NCBI GenBank assembly: GCA_041746715.1
Contig: JBGTGN010000151.1
Coordinates: 1-58,825, forward strand
DNA from: Pirellulales bacterium
Lineage (GTDB): Bacteria; Planctomycetota; Planctomycetia; Pirellulales; UBA1268
Reading direction: 5' to 3'
Length of the DNA: 58,825 nucleotides
The stretch's first letter is position 1, and every line of letters starts with the position of its first letter. A program made the translations under genes and the position numbers. This document shows positions 30,208-39,990 of the stretch, one piece after another. A model generated the notes under the pieces. That model saw only the letters and a program-made list of their open reading frames with translations, was not told where the DNA came from and searched no databases.

Positions 30208-31146
30208 TCAGTGATACATCGTGCCAGTATTGATGACCGGCTGGGTATGCCTGTCACCACAGAGCACAACGAGGAGATTCGACACCATGGCCGCGCGGCG
30301 CTCGTCGTCAAGCTCGACAACATGATCCTTTGCGAGATGGTCGAGTGCCATCTGCACCATGCCGACAGCCCCATCGACAATCGTGCGACGGGCCGCGACT
30401 ACGGCCTGAGCCTGCTGCCGCTGGAGCATCGCCGCCGCGATCTCCGCCGAGTACGCCAGGTGACTGATGCGGGCGTCAATGACCTCGACCCCAGCCTTGT
30501 CGAGCCTCTCCTGCAAGTCTTCCTTGAGTTGTTCGCACACCTGAATGGTGTTGCCCCGGAGAGAGACCTCGTGATCCTCGCTGTCGTAGGGATACCGCAG
30601 CGCCAAGCTGCGAAGCGCGGCCTCGCTTTGTACGGCGACGAAATGCTCGTAGTCATCGACCTCAAAGAGCGCTTCGGCCGTGTTCACCACCCGCCACACC
30701 ACGACCGCCGAGATATCGACCGGATTGCCATCACGATCGTTCACTTTCGACGGCCGCCCGGCCGAGTGGGATTTGTGCGTCAGAATCTTGCCCGCGGCAT
30801 CCTTGACCTCGGGTGTCGTGATCGAGCCGGTTTCAAAGTTTCGCACGCGGAGGGAAATCCGCTTCTTGGAATAGAAAGGGTTCACCCAAAAGAATCCGGA
30901 CTCGACGATTGACCCCTTGTATTCGCCAAAGAGCAAGAGCGCCCTGGCGTCGTTTGGCTGCACGGCCTGAAATCCGAAGAGCAGGAGAATGAACGCGACG
31001 AGGCAGCCGATCGCGAGAAGGATCATCACGAGCGACTCGGCCGCGGCTCCGCCGACAAAAAGCACCGGAACAAGCCCGAGCAAGGCCAGGCACGTCAGGA
31101 GCATTAGCCAGCCCGTCGCCGGCCGGAGTTTTTTCTCCGCGATCAT
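30208..31146 (-). CDS. SPFH (band 7) domain membrane protein
   Basis: Two N-terminal TM segments; FGEYKGS..GFFWVNPF, KVNDRDGNPVDISAVVVWRV, ARISHLAYSAEIAAAMLQRQQA. GGAG SD before ATG 31146. Confidence 0.93.
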   Translation of the reverse strand: MIAEKKLRPATGWLMLLTCLALLGLVPVLFVGGAAAESLVMILLAIGCLVAFILLLFGFQAVQPNDARALLLFGEYKGSIVESGFFWVNPFYSKKRISLRVRNFETGSITTPEVKDAAGKILTHKSHSAGRPSKVNDRDGNPVDISAVVVWRVVNTAEALFEVDDYEHFVAVQSEAALRSLALRYPYDSEDHEVSLRGNTIQVCEQLKEDLQERLDKAGVEVIDARISHLAYSAEIAAAMLQRQQAQAVVAARRTIVDGAVGMVQMALDHLAKDHVVELDDERRAAMVSNLLVVLCGDRHTQPVINTGTMYH

Positions 31147-31183
31147 GATGGACTCCGAGGGAAAGAACGAGATCGACACAGGA

Positions 31184-31209
31184 ATATCGAAATGATATCA
31201 CTTCGATAT
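31184..31209. promoter_or_regulatory. 26-bp near-perfect palindrome, putative operator
   Basis: ATATCGAA-A-TGATATCA-C-TTCGATAT, one mismatched pair. AT-rich in GC-rich DNA and upstream of the SPFH-RHH genes. Confidence 0.75.
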
Positions 31210-31219
31210 CTCACGTCAA
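31192..31219 (-). promoter_or_regulatory. Putative sigma70 promoter of the SPFH-RHH operon
   Basis: Minus strand TTGACG (31219-31214), 16-nt spacer ending TGA (extended -10), TATCAT (31197-31192). Confidence 0.65.
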
Positions 31220-31468
31220 GGAGCTCACAGAGACGGTCTCGCTGGGGCGACTCGGGGTGTGATGACCGTGAGTTTGGTGACGGATCGTTCGCAGCGGTAG
31301 GATCGTGCCCCATTCGCCGTCGGCTCGCGGCATTCCCACGACGAGCATTCCGAGCATGAAACCCGTTTCTGCCGTCGCCGGCGCGGTCGCGACGCTCTTG
31401 GAGATTTTTGTCACGGATATCGCTGATCCCGCGTGCACGCCATGCCGCATTGTCCGAGTGACCAAGAA

Positions 31469-32191
31469 ATGAGTTCGCTCAACGAGGCCGATCTCGCGTG
31501 GCTGTGGGAATTAGCCAAGCGGCTTCAGGCGTGCCGCGACCTCGCGGCGGCCGAGGCGATCGCTGCTGAGGCCGTCGAGGAGCGAAAGGCGAGAGGCTGG
31601 AACGATCTCATGGCCTTGGCCATTGCCGAGACCATCGAGCCAGCTCTCGAAAACCTCCGCGATCGGGAGCGACTCGCGGGGCTCGCCGTTCGCGACCCAC
31701 TCACAAACCTCTTCAATCGTCGGTACATGGAAGATGAGCTTGCTCGGCAGGTCGAAACGGCTCGGGCCTCAGGCAGGCCCCTCGCGGTCGCCATGCTCGA
31801 CCTCGATCGGTTTCGCGACGCAAACGAACGCGACGGACATCCGGCCGGCGATAGGGTTCTCAAAACGTTTGGGGTTCTGCTTGAAGGCTTTGGAAGGCCG
31901 GGGGATGCGGCCTGCCGCTACGGTGGCGACGAGTTTGTACTCATCCTTCCAGGAACGACCGCTGCCGAGGCAGCCAACTGGCTCGACGCCCTGAGGGTTG
32001 CCGCCGCACAGACCGTGATCCACCATGAGGGTCGACCGTTCGCCCCGATCACGGTGTCGATCGGCGTGGCGGCGTTCCCCGACCACGGCACCGACGCCGC
32101 CGCGATTCTCATCGCCGCCGATGCCGCACTCTACGAGGCCAAGCGGTCTGGTCGGAACCACATCGGCGTAGCGAGGGGAGTCCAGGAGTGA
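31469..32191 (+). CDS. Diguanylate cyclase (GGDEF) with a short helical N-terminus
   Basis: RDPLTNLFNRRY, MLDLDRF..ANERDGHPAGD, RPGD I-site, RYGGDEF, ADAALYEAKRSGRN. Confidence 0.93.
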   Translation: MSSLNEADLAWLWELAKRLQACRDLAAAEAIAAEAVEERKARGWNDLMALAIAETIEPALENLRDRERLAGLAVRDPLTNLFNRRYMEDELARQVETARASGRPLAVAMLDLDRFRDANERDGHPAGDRVLKTFGVLLEGFGRPGDAACRYGGDEFVLILPGTTAAEAANWLDALRVAAAQTVIHHEGRPFAPITVSIGVAAFPDHGTDAAAILIAADAALYEAKRSGRNHIGVARGVQE

Positions 32192-32203
32192 ACGCTTCGA
32201 CCA

Positions 32204-33781
32204 TCAAGAGTCTTTGGCCCCCGCGCGAGTCGCGTCGTCGAGCGAGCGGATGCCGCGGGCGAGCCACGTGGCTGCGGTTGCGGTGACAACACGGCCGGTC
32301 GCCTGGGCCTGCTCGTGGAGTCGAACCCAAAACTCCGTATCGCGAAACTCCCGAAGGCACCGGAGATACCGCACGCGGTCGGCGTCGCCGAGGCATCGCA
32401 CAATGAGCGGCGAGAGCGCCTCATCGATGTTGTCGAGGCGACCCGGCGCCGTACACACAGGTACCACGAGGCCCGCATCGAGCGCGAGATCGGCCGCGAC
32501 CGCATCGACCGCGTCTCGGATGCTCCGCGCCTTGTCGGTCGTTGGGCGGACGATGTCGTAGGGCGGAGACCACTCGGTTCGCGGTCGCAGAAGATCGACA
32601 TGCGTGACGGCTACGACAAGGGGCGGGGGAAGCCGCTCAGGCCGTTCCCTGAACCACTGCCGGATGGCGACGAGCATGTCTCGGTCGGCGGCACGGGCGG
32701 CCGATGTGGCCGAGCACACGACGATCACGAGGTCAGAGCCAACAATCTCTTCAATGAGCACCAGTTTCTCACGAGACGTGACGGCGGCCGTTGCGTAGCC
32801 TGCCGTGTCGAGAATGATCGCGCGCTCGATACCATCTCGTGTGAGCCGATACGGCTCGACAAGTGGCGTACACGGCACGACATCCACCGCCGCATGGACA
32901 TCGCCGAGCAGGGCGTTGATGAGGCTCGACTTGCCAGCCTTCACCTGCCCCACGACGACGATGCGAAGCGGCTCGGCGAAATCCTGGGCCGTTCGCCGCT
33001 GGATCGTCGCCGCGTCGGCCTTGGACCGGCTGGCCTCGAACTCACCCACGCGGGGCTCGTCGAGCACGAGGGTGCCCGAGTAGAGATCAATCACATAGCT
33101 GCCCGCTCGGCGGACGGTGAAGCCGACGGCCTGCCGCCGAAACGCCCCCGTCACGACGCCAAGCGAAGCTCGCCCCAGAAACTCTCGTCCCTCCCGCACG
33201 ACCGCGGTGGCCGGGTTCCAGGCCATGAGCACGAGCCGGATCACCTGATACCCCCTGGTGGCGAGCATCCCGAGGCGACCCAATCGAAACAGATCGTTGA
33301 GTGTGACCGTGTGGGCCAGTGGCATGTTCGTATCGAGGTAGGCCCGCAGGTCGCGGGCAACGAGCTCCACGATGCGAAGCGCATGCGGCGCGGGAATCTC
33401 GAGGTCGGGCCGATCGCTCGCCGGGGCGTATCGACGGGCCACCGCCATGATCACCTCATGCACGAGCGGGCCAACCGCCGCGGGGCTTGCGTATCGATCG
33501 GCATCCGTTTCGGCCTGGATCGCGATCGCCTCGACATCGCTCCAGGCCTGCTGCCCGAGCGGTGGAAGGCCTGGCGGCGGGGGCTTTGCCACGGGCGCCT
33601 TGGGCTTGCCAATCCATCGAAGCCAGGCCCAGCCGACGAGCGAACAGGCCGTGCTCCCGATGATCCATGTCCAAACCTGGCCACGCTCGTAGAGCCACAC
33701 AAATCCGGCCGCCGTGGCGACAGCCGTCGGCGCGATCAGCAAGAACACGGCAGCCAGGATGGCCACGATGCGACGGTTCAT
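32204..33781 (-). CDS. Membrane-anchored GTPase (HSR1/Era-like G domain)
   Basis: Two N-terminal TM segments; G1 GQVKAGKSS, G2 PCT, G3 DTAG, G4-like THVD. Confidence 0.85.
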   Translation of the reverse strand: MNRRIVAILAAVFLLIAPTAVATAAGFVWLYERGQVWTWIIGSTACSLVGWAWLRWIGKPKAPVAKPPPPGLPPLGQQAWSDVEAIAIQAETDADRYASPAAVGPLVHEVIMAVARRYAPASDRPDLEIPAPHALRIVELVARDLRAYLDTNMPLAHTVTLNDLFRLGRLGMLATRGYQVIRLVLMAWNPATAVVREGREFLGRASLGVVTGAFRRQAVGFTVRRAGSYVIDLYSGTLVLDEPRVGEFEASRSKADAATIQRRTAQDFAEPLRIVVVGQVKAGKSSLINALLGDVHAAVDVVPCTPLVEPYRLTRDGIERAIILDTAGYATAAVTSREKLVLIEEIVGSDLVIVVCSATSAARAADRDMLVAIRQWFRERPERLPPPLVVAVTHVDLLRPRTEWSPPYDIVRPTTDKARSIRDAVDAVAADLALDAGLVVPVCTAPGRLDNIDEALSPLIVRCLGDADRVRYLRCLREFRDTEFWVRLHEQAQATGRVVTATAATWLARGIRSLDDATRAGAKDS

Positions 33782-35010
33782 TCGGCCTCCGCGTCGCGTG
33801 AGGGTGGCTTGGTGAAGGTCGCGGTAACACGGCGTTCACCGAGGGCGAGCGATGCATTGTAGAAACGACGCAGGGCCATCGCCTCGGGCACATGCCCGTC
33901 GTGGACGCTCTGGAAATAGAACGCGAGCGTCCGGCCGAGCGCATAGGTCGTGCCTGCTGAATACACCGCCGCGGCGCCGGCTCCGGCCACAGGCACAACC
34001 TTCAGGAGGCTGCGGCCCGCCTGCCGCAGGAGCACCCCGAGCCCGAGTGAGGTCGTGAGCTCGGCCATGAGCCGCATCGTGAGGGTCTGCCCGTACACAC
34101 TCGCCACACCGCGAAGCATCGTGAGCTGGATACCGAGGAGCAGCGGCAGATCGACCACGGGCAACGGCACGGCTCCGGCGCCGCCGGCCGCGAGGGCATG
34201 CCACATGATGATGCCGTGGGCTGCCCGCAGGCGGTCATCGGCGAGGACGCGGTTTCCCGCAGGATCGTCTGCAAGAATCGCTTGGAGGCTCACCGGGAGG
34301 GCGTCATCGATCGCGTTCCAGAGCGGGTCGAGGCCATAGAGCGGGTCCGTGAACCCGTCAGCAGGAAGCGTGAAGTCGATCGGCACGAATCGATCGGCCA
34401 GGCCTTGAAACGTTTTTTGTTGGATGGCGAGCGTGCGGGAAAGCTCGGTTGGCACCGTTTCGGGAATCATGCCGGTATCGGCACCGCTCCCGAAGGGATA
34501 CGGCTCGACATGCTGCATCGTCGGCGTCGGATAGGCCTCATGGAGCGTTGTCTGGGCCACGATCACGGGCCACTGCGGGTGGACGCGACGGATTGACGTC
34601 AGTGGCCTGATGAGTGGTTCGAGGGCATGGTCGCATGCCTTCACGACCACAAGAAGCAGATGCGACTGCGCCGCTGCCACGACCATGTCATCGCTCGGGT
34701 CGTAGGCAACCTCACCGATCCCGCGGGTATCGAGAAGCTGCACGAGCGGTCTGTCAGCGTTTGGGAAGGGATAGAGCCGTGCCGTGCGGGTGCATGGTCG
34801 AAACCCATTGCCGATTTCGGCATCCGTGGCGGCCGTCAGCCCGCGGATGATCGACGTCTTTCCCGACTGGGCCTTGCCCAGCAGCCACACAATCGGCGCC
34901 GGCACCTTCTCGCGCGCCACGCGAAGAGCCTCGGCGATTGTCTCATCGCTTGCGGTCCCCGGGGGTGTCTCGCCGAACACGAGCTTCCACACATTTTCAA
35001 AAGTGCCCAT
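33778..35010 (-). CDS. GTPase fused to a DUF697/YcjF-like hydrophobic domain
   Basis: G1 GKAQSGKTS, GNGFRPCT, G3 DTRG. C-terminal AGGAGAVPLPVVDLP..IQLTML..SLLKVVP..TYALG is DUF697-like. Confidence 0.87.
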   Translation of the reverse strand: MGTFENVWKLVFGETPPGTASDETIAEALRVAREKVPAPIVWLLGKAQSGKTSIIRGLTAATDAEIGNGFRPCTRTARLYPFPNADRPLVQLLDTRGIGEVAYDPSDDMVVAAAQSHLLLVVVKACDHALEPLIRPLTSIRRVHPQWPVIVAQTTLHEAYPTPTMQHVEPYPFGSGADTGMIPETVPTELSRTLAIQQKTFQGLADRFVPIDFTLPADGFTDPLYGLDPLWNAIDDALPVSLQAILADDPAGNRVLADDRLRAAHGIIMWHALAAGGAGAVPLPVVDLPLLLGIQLTMLRGVASVYGQTLTMRLMAELTTSLGLGVLLRQAGRSLLKVVPVAGAGAAAVYSAGTTYALGRTLAFYFQSVHDGHVPEAMALRRFYNASLALGERRVTATFTKPPSRDAEAE

Positions 35011-35238
35011 GAAGAAAACCTACCGTGGCCGCTCGACTGCCACCATCAAGCGGGGTGAACTTCCCTTTTCTCCAGGAGGCCGCCGCTTGCTGGATTGGCC
35101 CGCCGGGTGTGTTAGAATTCGGTTCTGTGGTGTAGGCGGAGCGCAACGCCCACGCCTTGACGCCATGCTGACCACCGGCCCCGCATCCGGAGCAAGGCAG
35201 CGATGGTGCACGAGCATTCGTTGTTGGGAGTCGTTTTC

Positions 35239-38200
35239 ATGCTCCAAAGTAGTGCGCAGTCCCTTCTGGCGGTCACCCTCCTCGCTTTCTGTTTGCCGAT
35301 TGGTGCCGCCGAGCCGGATGCCGTGGTGAGCTTCAACCGCGACATCCGGCCGATCCTCGTCGAGAACTGCTTCGCCTGCCACGGGGCCGATAGCGGCAGC
35401 CGCAAAGCCGACCTCCGGCTCGACCTCCGGGACGACGCGATCGAGGCCGGTGCGATCGCGCCGGGCGACCCTGATTCGAGCGTCGTGCTCGATCGCATCT
35501 TTTCCGATGATCCCGAAGAGGTGATGCCGCCTCCGGCGATGAAGAAGACGCTCACGACAGAGCAGAAAAAACTGCTCACGACGTGGATCAAGGAAGGGGC
35601 CGAGTACGAACCCCACTGGTCGTTTATCCCGCCGGCCAAGTGCGAGCCTCCCGCGGTCACAAACGAGGCCTGGGTGCGAAATCCGGTCGATCGTTTTGTA
35701 CTCGCGGGCCTCGAATCCAAGGGGCTTGCTCCGGCCCCCGAAGCCGACCGTCGCACGCTCGGCCGCCGCGCCGCCCTCGATGTCACGGGCCTGCCCCCCG
35801 ACCCCGCCATGCTCGAAGCATTCGTGGCTGACACAAGGCCCGATGCCTATGAGCGGTACGTCGATGCGCTTCTTGCACTCCCCGAATGGGGTGAGCACCG
35901 TGGTCGCCACTGGCTCGACTACGCCCGCTATGCCGACACCCACGGCATCCATTTTGACAACTACCGCGAGATGTGGAGCTTCCGGCAGTGGGTCATCAAG
36001 GCGTTTAACTCCAACCTGTCGTTTGATGAGTTTACGCGGCACCAGCTCGCTGGCGATCTTGTGGACCTCGGCCCCGATGCCTCGCCCGACGCCGTGCTCG
36101 AGGCGAGGGTGGGGAGTGGGTTCAACCGCTGCAACATGACCACCAACGAGGGTGGCATCATCGACGACGAATACATCGTGCTCTATGCCCGCGACCGCAC
36201 GGAGACCACGGCCGCCGTCTGGATGGGGCTCACGGTGGGCTGTGCGGTCTGCCACGATCACAAGTTCGATCCTGTCACCTCGAAGGATTTCTACGCGCTT
36301 TCTGCGTTCTTCAATAACACGCCGCAGAAGGCCAAAGACGGCAACGTCAAAGACACCAAACCGATCGTGTTTCTGCCGCTTCCGGAAGACCGTCCGAAGC
36401 TGGCCGAGCTCGAGGCGGCCCTGCCTGCCGCGAAGCGGGCGCTCGCCAATCGTCGGAAAGACGCGAGGAAAGATTTTGAGGCATACCTCGTGGCGGCCAC
36501 GCCAGAGACCGTCGCGAAGGCCAATCCTGCTGACGTGCCGCTGGTGTCGGTCCCATTTTCCGAAGGGGAAGGCCTGGTGCTCCACGCATCGATCGAGGGC
36601 CGGTCGGTCGAGCTGCCGCTTTCCGAGAAGGCGACGTGGCACGACGGCCCTGCGGGAACGAAGGCGATCCTGCTTGATGGGAAGGCCACCGAGATACCTT
36701 CAGCCGGCGACTTCGAGCACAACCAGCCCTTCAGTGTGAGCTTCTGGCTCCAGCCGACGCCAAACGACGCGGCCTATTCGGTGGTGGCCCGGATGGATAC
36801 GGCGTCGAAGTATCGCGGCTGGGATGTCTGGGTGCAGGGGCGTCGCGTCGGCATGCACCTGATCCATGCCTGGGCCGACGATGCGCTCAAGGTGGTGGCC
36901 AAGAAGCAGCTTCCGGCCGACACCTGGACCCGCGTGACGATCACGCACGACGGCACGAGCCGAACGCGGGGTCTGAAGATCTACTATGACGGCGTCCTTC
37001 AGCCCCATGAGCTCGAAAATGGCACGTTCAAGAAGACGTCCATCAAGGCCGACGTTCCGCTCACGATCGGCAGCCGCACCGGTGGCGGTGCCGCCTACAG
37101 CGTGGGCCTGGCCGACCTCTCGATCCATGGCCGTGCCCTCTCGGCCTCTGAGGTCGATGGCCTCTCGAAGCTCGCGGCACTTGCGGAGGTCGTCGCGCTT
37201 CCGCCTTCGGAGCGGATCGCCGCTGGTGCCACGCTCTACGACTGGTGGCTCGGATCGCAGGATGAGGCTTCCATTACGGCCACGAAGGCCCTTGCCGATA
37301 TCGAGACCGAGATCTCCGAGATCAATCGTCGCGGCACGATTGCGCATGTGATGGCCGAGAATCCGGGCACCCCCAAGGCGGCGATTCTCGACCGCGGGGA
37401 ATACGACAAGCCGAAGGAAGAGGTGGTCGCGAACACGCCCGAGGCGCTGCCGCCGTTCTCCGAGGCCTTTCCGCGAAACCGGCTCGGCCTCGCGGAGTGG
37501 CTCTTGAGCGACGAGCATCCGCTCACGGCGCGCGTGACCGTCAACCGTTTCTGGCAGGAGGTATTTGGCCACGGACTCGTGCGCACGGCGGGCGACTTCG
37601 GCATCACTGGCGAGCTCCCCAGTCACCCCGAGCTGCTTGACTGGCTCGCCGTCGAGTTTCGTGAAACCGGCTGGGACATCAAGCGTCTCTTCCGGCTCAT
37701 GCTCACAAGCGCCACCTACCGGCAGTCGGCCGTCACGACGCCCGAGAAGGCGACCCTCGACCGCGACAACCGATGGCTCTCCCGCGGCCCTCGCTTCCGC
37801 ATGGATGCCGAGATGATCCGCGACCAGGCGCTCGCGGCCTCGGGGCTTCTCGTTCGCAAGCTCGGTGGCCCGAGCGTGAAGCCGTATCAGCCCGAAGGTG
37901 TGTGGGAAGCGGTCGCGATGCCCGAGAGCAACACGCGAAACTACAAGGCCGAAACGGGTGAAAGTCTCTACCGCCGCAGCATGTACTGGTTTTGGAAACG
38001 ATCGGCGCCGCCGGCATCGCTTGACATCATGAACGCGCCGTCTCGCGAGGTCTGCACGGTAAAGCGGGAACGGACCAACACACCGCTTCAGGCGCTCGTC
38101 ACCTTGAACGACCCGCAATTCATCGAGGCTGCCCGGGCGCTTGCTGACCTCGCGCTCGAGCAATCGGGCGATGATTCCACGCGGATTAACTTCGTGGCCC

Positions 38201-38418
38201 GCCGCGTCCTAGCCCGGCCACTGGAGCCGGATGAACAGGAGATCATCGGCGGCTCGCTCGCCTCGCTCATGGCCCACTACGCCGCGAACCCAGGCGACGC
38301 CCGCACGCTCGTGACGGTGGGCGAATCGAAACCGCGGTCAGCCGACATTCCCAAACTCGCGGCCTGGACGATGCTCGTCAACGAGCTTCTCAATCTCGAC
38401 GAGGTGCTTTGCAAATGA
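35239..38418 (+). CDS. Planctomycete cytochrome c protein with DUF1549, LamG-like and DUF1553 (PSD1) domains
   Basis: Signal peptide; FNRDIRPILVENCFACHG; HWSFIPP; WLDYARYADT; CAVCHDHK; NRFWQEVFGHGLV; PSHPELLDWLA; TNTPLQAL. Confidence 0.93.
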   Translation: MLQSSAQSLLAVTLLAFCLPIGAAEPDAVVSFNRDIRPILVENCFACHGADSGSRKADLRLDLRDDAIEAGAIAPGDPDSSVVLDRIFSDDPEEVMPPPAMKKTLTTEQKKLLTTWIKEGAEYEPHWSFIPPAKCEPPAVTNEAWVRNPVDRFVLAGLESKGLAPAPEADRRTLGRRAALDVTGLPPDPAMLEAFVADTRPDAYERYVDALLALPEWGEHRGRHWLDYARYADTHGIHFDNYREMWSFRQWVIKAFNSNLSFDEFTRHQLAGDLVDLGPDASPDAVLEARVGSGFNRCNMTTNEGGIIDDEYIVLYARDRTETTAAVWMGLTVGCAVCHDHKFDPVTSKDFYALSAFFNNTPQKAKDGNVKDTKPIVFLPLPEDRPKLAELEAALPAAKRALANRRKDARKDFEAYLVAATPETVAKANPADVPLVSVPFSEGEGLVLHASIEGRSVELPLSEKATWHDGPAGTKAILLDGKATEIPSAGDFEHNQPFSVSFWLQPTPNDAAYSVVARMDTASKYRGWDVWVQGRRVGMHLIHAWADDALKVVAKKQLPADTWTRVTITHDGTSRTRGLKIYYDGVLQPHELENGTFKKTSIKADVPLTIGSRTGGGAAYSVGLADLSIHGRALSASEVDGLSKLAALAEVVALPPSERIAAGATLYDWWLGSQDEASITATKALADIETEISEINRRGTIAHVMAENPGTPKAAILDRGEYDKPKEEVVANTPEALPPFSEAFPRNRLGLAEWLLSDEHPLTARVTVNRFWQEVFGHGLVRTAGDFGITGELPSHPELLDWLAVEFRETGWDIKRLFRLMLTSATYRQSAVTTPEKATLDRDNRWLSRGPRFRMDAEMIRDQALAASGLLVRKLGGPSVKPYQPEGVWEAVAMPESNTRNYKAETGESLYRRSMYWFWKRSAPPASLDIMNAPSREVCTVKRERTNTPLQALVTLNDPQFIEAARALADLALEQSGDDSTRINFVARRVLARPLEPDEQEIIGGSLASLMAHYAANPGDARTLVTVGESKPRSADIPKLAAWTMLVNELLNLDEVLCK

Positions 38419-39908
38419 ATCCTCTGATGCCCATGCCAGATCCCATGACCGAACTCGGCCTGAACCTCACGCGACGTCGGTTCTTCGAGCGGGGAAGCCA
38501 CCTGCTCGGCGGCGCGGCGCTGGCCACACTCATGGGCGAAGCTGCTGCGAGTGGCGCCGCTGCGACTCCCGCAGGCGTCGAGCGCGTGGCGGGTGCCGTC
38601 GGCCCACACTACGCCCCAAAAGCAAAGCATGTGATCTACCTGCACATGGTGGGCGGCCCACCGCAGCAGGACATGTATGACTATAAGCCGGCGATGAATG
38701 ACTGGTATGACAAGGACCTCCCGGAGAGCATTCGGCAAGGGCAGCGGCTCACCACGATGACCTCGGGCCAGGCGAGGTTTCCGATCGCGCCATCCGTCTT
38801 CAAGTTTGCCCGCCAAGGGAAGTGCGGCATGTGGATGTGCGAACTGCTGCCGTGGACCGCGAAAGTGGCAGACGAGCTCTGTTTCGTTCGCTCGATGCAC
38901 ACCGAAGCGATCAACCACGAGCCAGCGATCACGTTCATCCAAACGGGTAACCAGATCACCGGCCGCCCCTGCCTTGGGTCGTGGGCGAGTTATGGCCTCG
39001 GGTCACTCAACAAAGATCTCCCCACGTTCGTCGTCCTCGTGGCCAGGTCGACCGTGGTCGAGCAGGCCCAGGCCATCGGTGCGCGCCTGTGGTCGAGCGG
39101 GTATCTTCCGGGCGAGCATGCGGGCGTGAGTTTCCGGTCGGCGGGTGATCCGATTCTCTATCTCACAAACCCACCGGGCGTGTCGCCGGCTGTTCGTAGG
39201 CAGACGCTCGACGGCATTCAGGCCATGAACGAGCGCACGCTCGCCACGATCGGTGATCCGGAAACCCGCACCCGTATCGCCCAGTATGAAATGGCCTTTC
39301 GCATGCAATCGAGCGTGCCCGATCTCACCGACCTCTCGAAGGAGACGTCGGCGACGCTCGAACTCTACGGCGAGCAGGTGACGAAACCGGGGTCGTTTGC
39401 CAACTCCGTGCTCATGGCGCGGCGGATGGTGGAGCGGGGCGTGCGGTTCGTGCAGATTTACTTGAACCACTGGGATCATCACTCCAACGTCGTGGGCCGG
39501 CTGAAGAATGGCTGCAACGACATCGACCACGCCACCTACGGGCTCATTTCAGACCTCAAGGCTCGCGGCCTCTTGGACGAGACGCTCGTGGTGTGGGGGG
39601 GCGAGTTTGGCCGCACGGTCTACTCCCAAGGCGGCCTCACGAAGCAAAACTACGGCCGTGACCATCACCCCCGTTGCTTCACGATGTGGATGGCGGGTGG
39701 CGGCACACGGCCCGGGCAGATCTACGGCGAGACCGACGATTTCTCCTACAACATCATCAAAGACCCCGTGCATATCCGCGACTTCCATGCCACGGCACTG
39801 CACCTACTCGGCTTCGACCACGAGCGTTTCACGTATCGCCACCTCGGGCTCGACTTCAAGCTCACCGGCGTCGAGCATGCCCGTGTGATCCCTGATCTCC
39901 TTGCGTAA
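38415..39908 (+). CDS. DUF1501 family (sulfatase-like) Tat-exported protein
   Basis: TRRRFF Tat motif; AKAKHVIYLHMVGGP, WDHH, WGGEFGRT, GRDHHP. ATGA overlap with the PSD1 gene. Confidence 0.93.
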   Translation: MNPLMPMPDPMTELGLNLTRRRFFERGSHLLGGAALATLMGEAAASGAAATPAGVERVAGAVGPHYAPKAKHVIYLHMVGGPPQQDMYDYKPAMNDWYDKDLPESIRQGQRLTTMTSGQARFPIAPSVFKFARQGKCGMWMCELLPWTAKVADELCFVRSMHTEAINHEPAITFIQTGNQITGRPCLGSWASYGLGSLNKDLPTFVVLVARSTVVEQAQAIGARLWSSGYLPGEHAGVSFRSAGDPILYLTNPPGVSPAVRRQTLDGIQAMNERTLATIGDPETRTRIAQYEMAFRMQSSVPDLTDLSKETSATLELYGEQVTKPGSFANSVLMARRMVERGVRFVQIYLNHWDHHSNVVGRLKNGCNDIDHATYGLISDLKARGLLDETLVVWGGEFGRTVYSQGGLTKQNYGRDHHPRCFTMWMAGGGTRPGQIYGETDDFSYNIIKDPVHIRDFHATALHLLGFDHERFTYRHLGLDFKLTGVEHARVIPDLLA

Positions 39909-39990
39909 AACGTCGCTCCTTGTGCGCAACGTGGCAGTCGCTCGGCGTGGTACGATCCATTTTTTGTTCCGGGAATATGGAGATGAGCGT

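Noticed and set aside
31211-31465. 84-aa minus-strand ORF between the SPFH and GGDEF genes
   Set aside because: No recognisable family or clear SD, and it overlaps the predicted promoter region.
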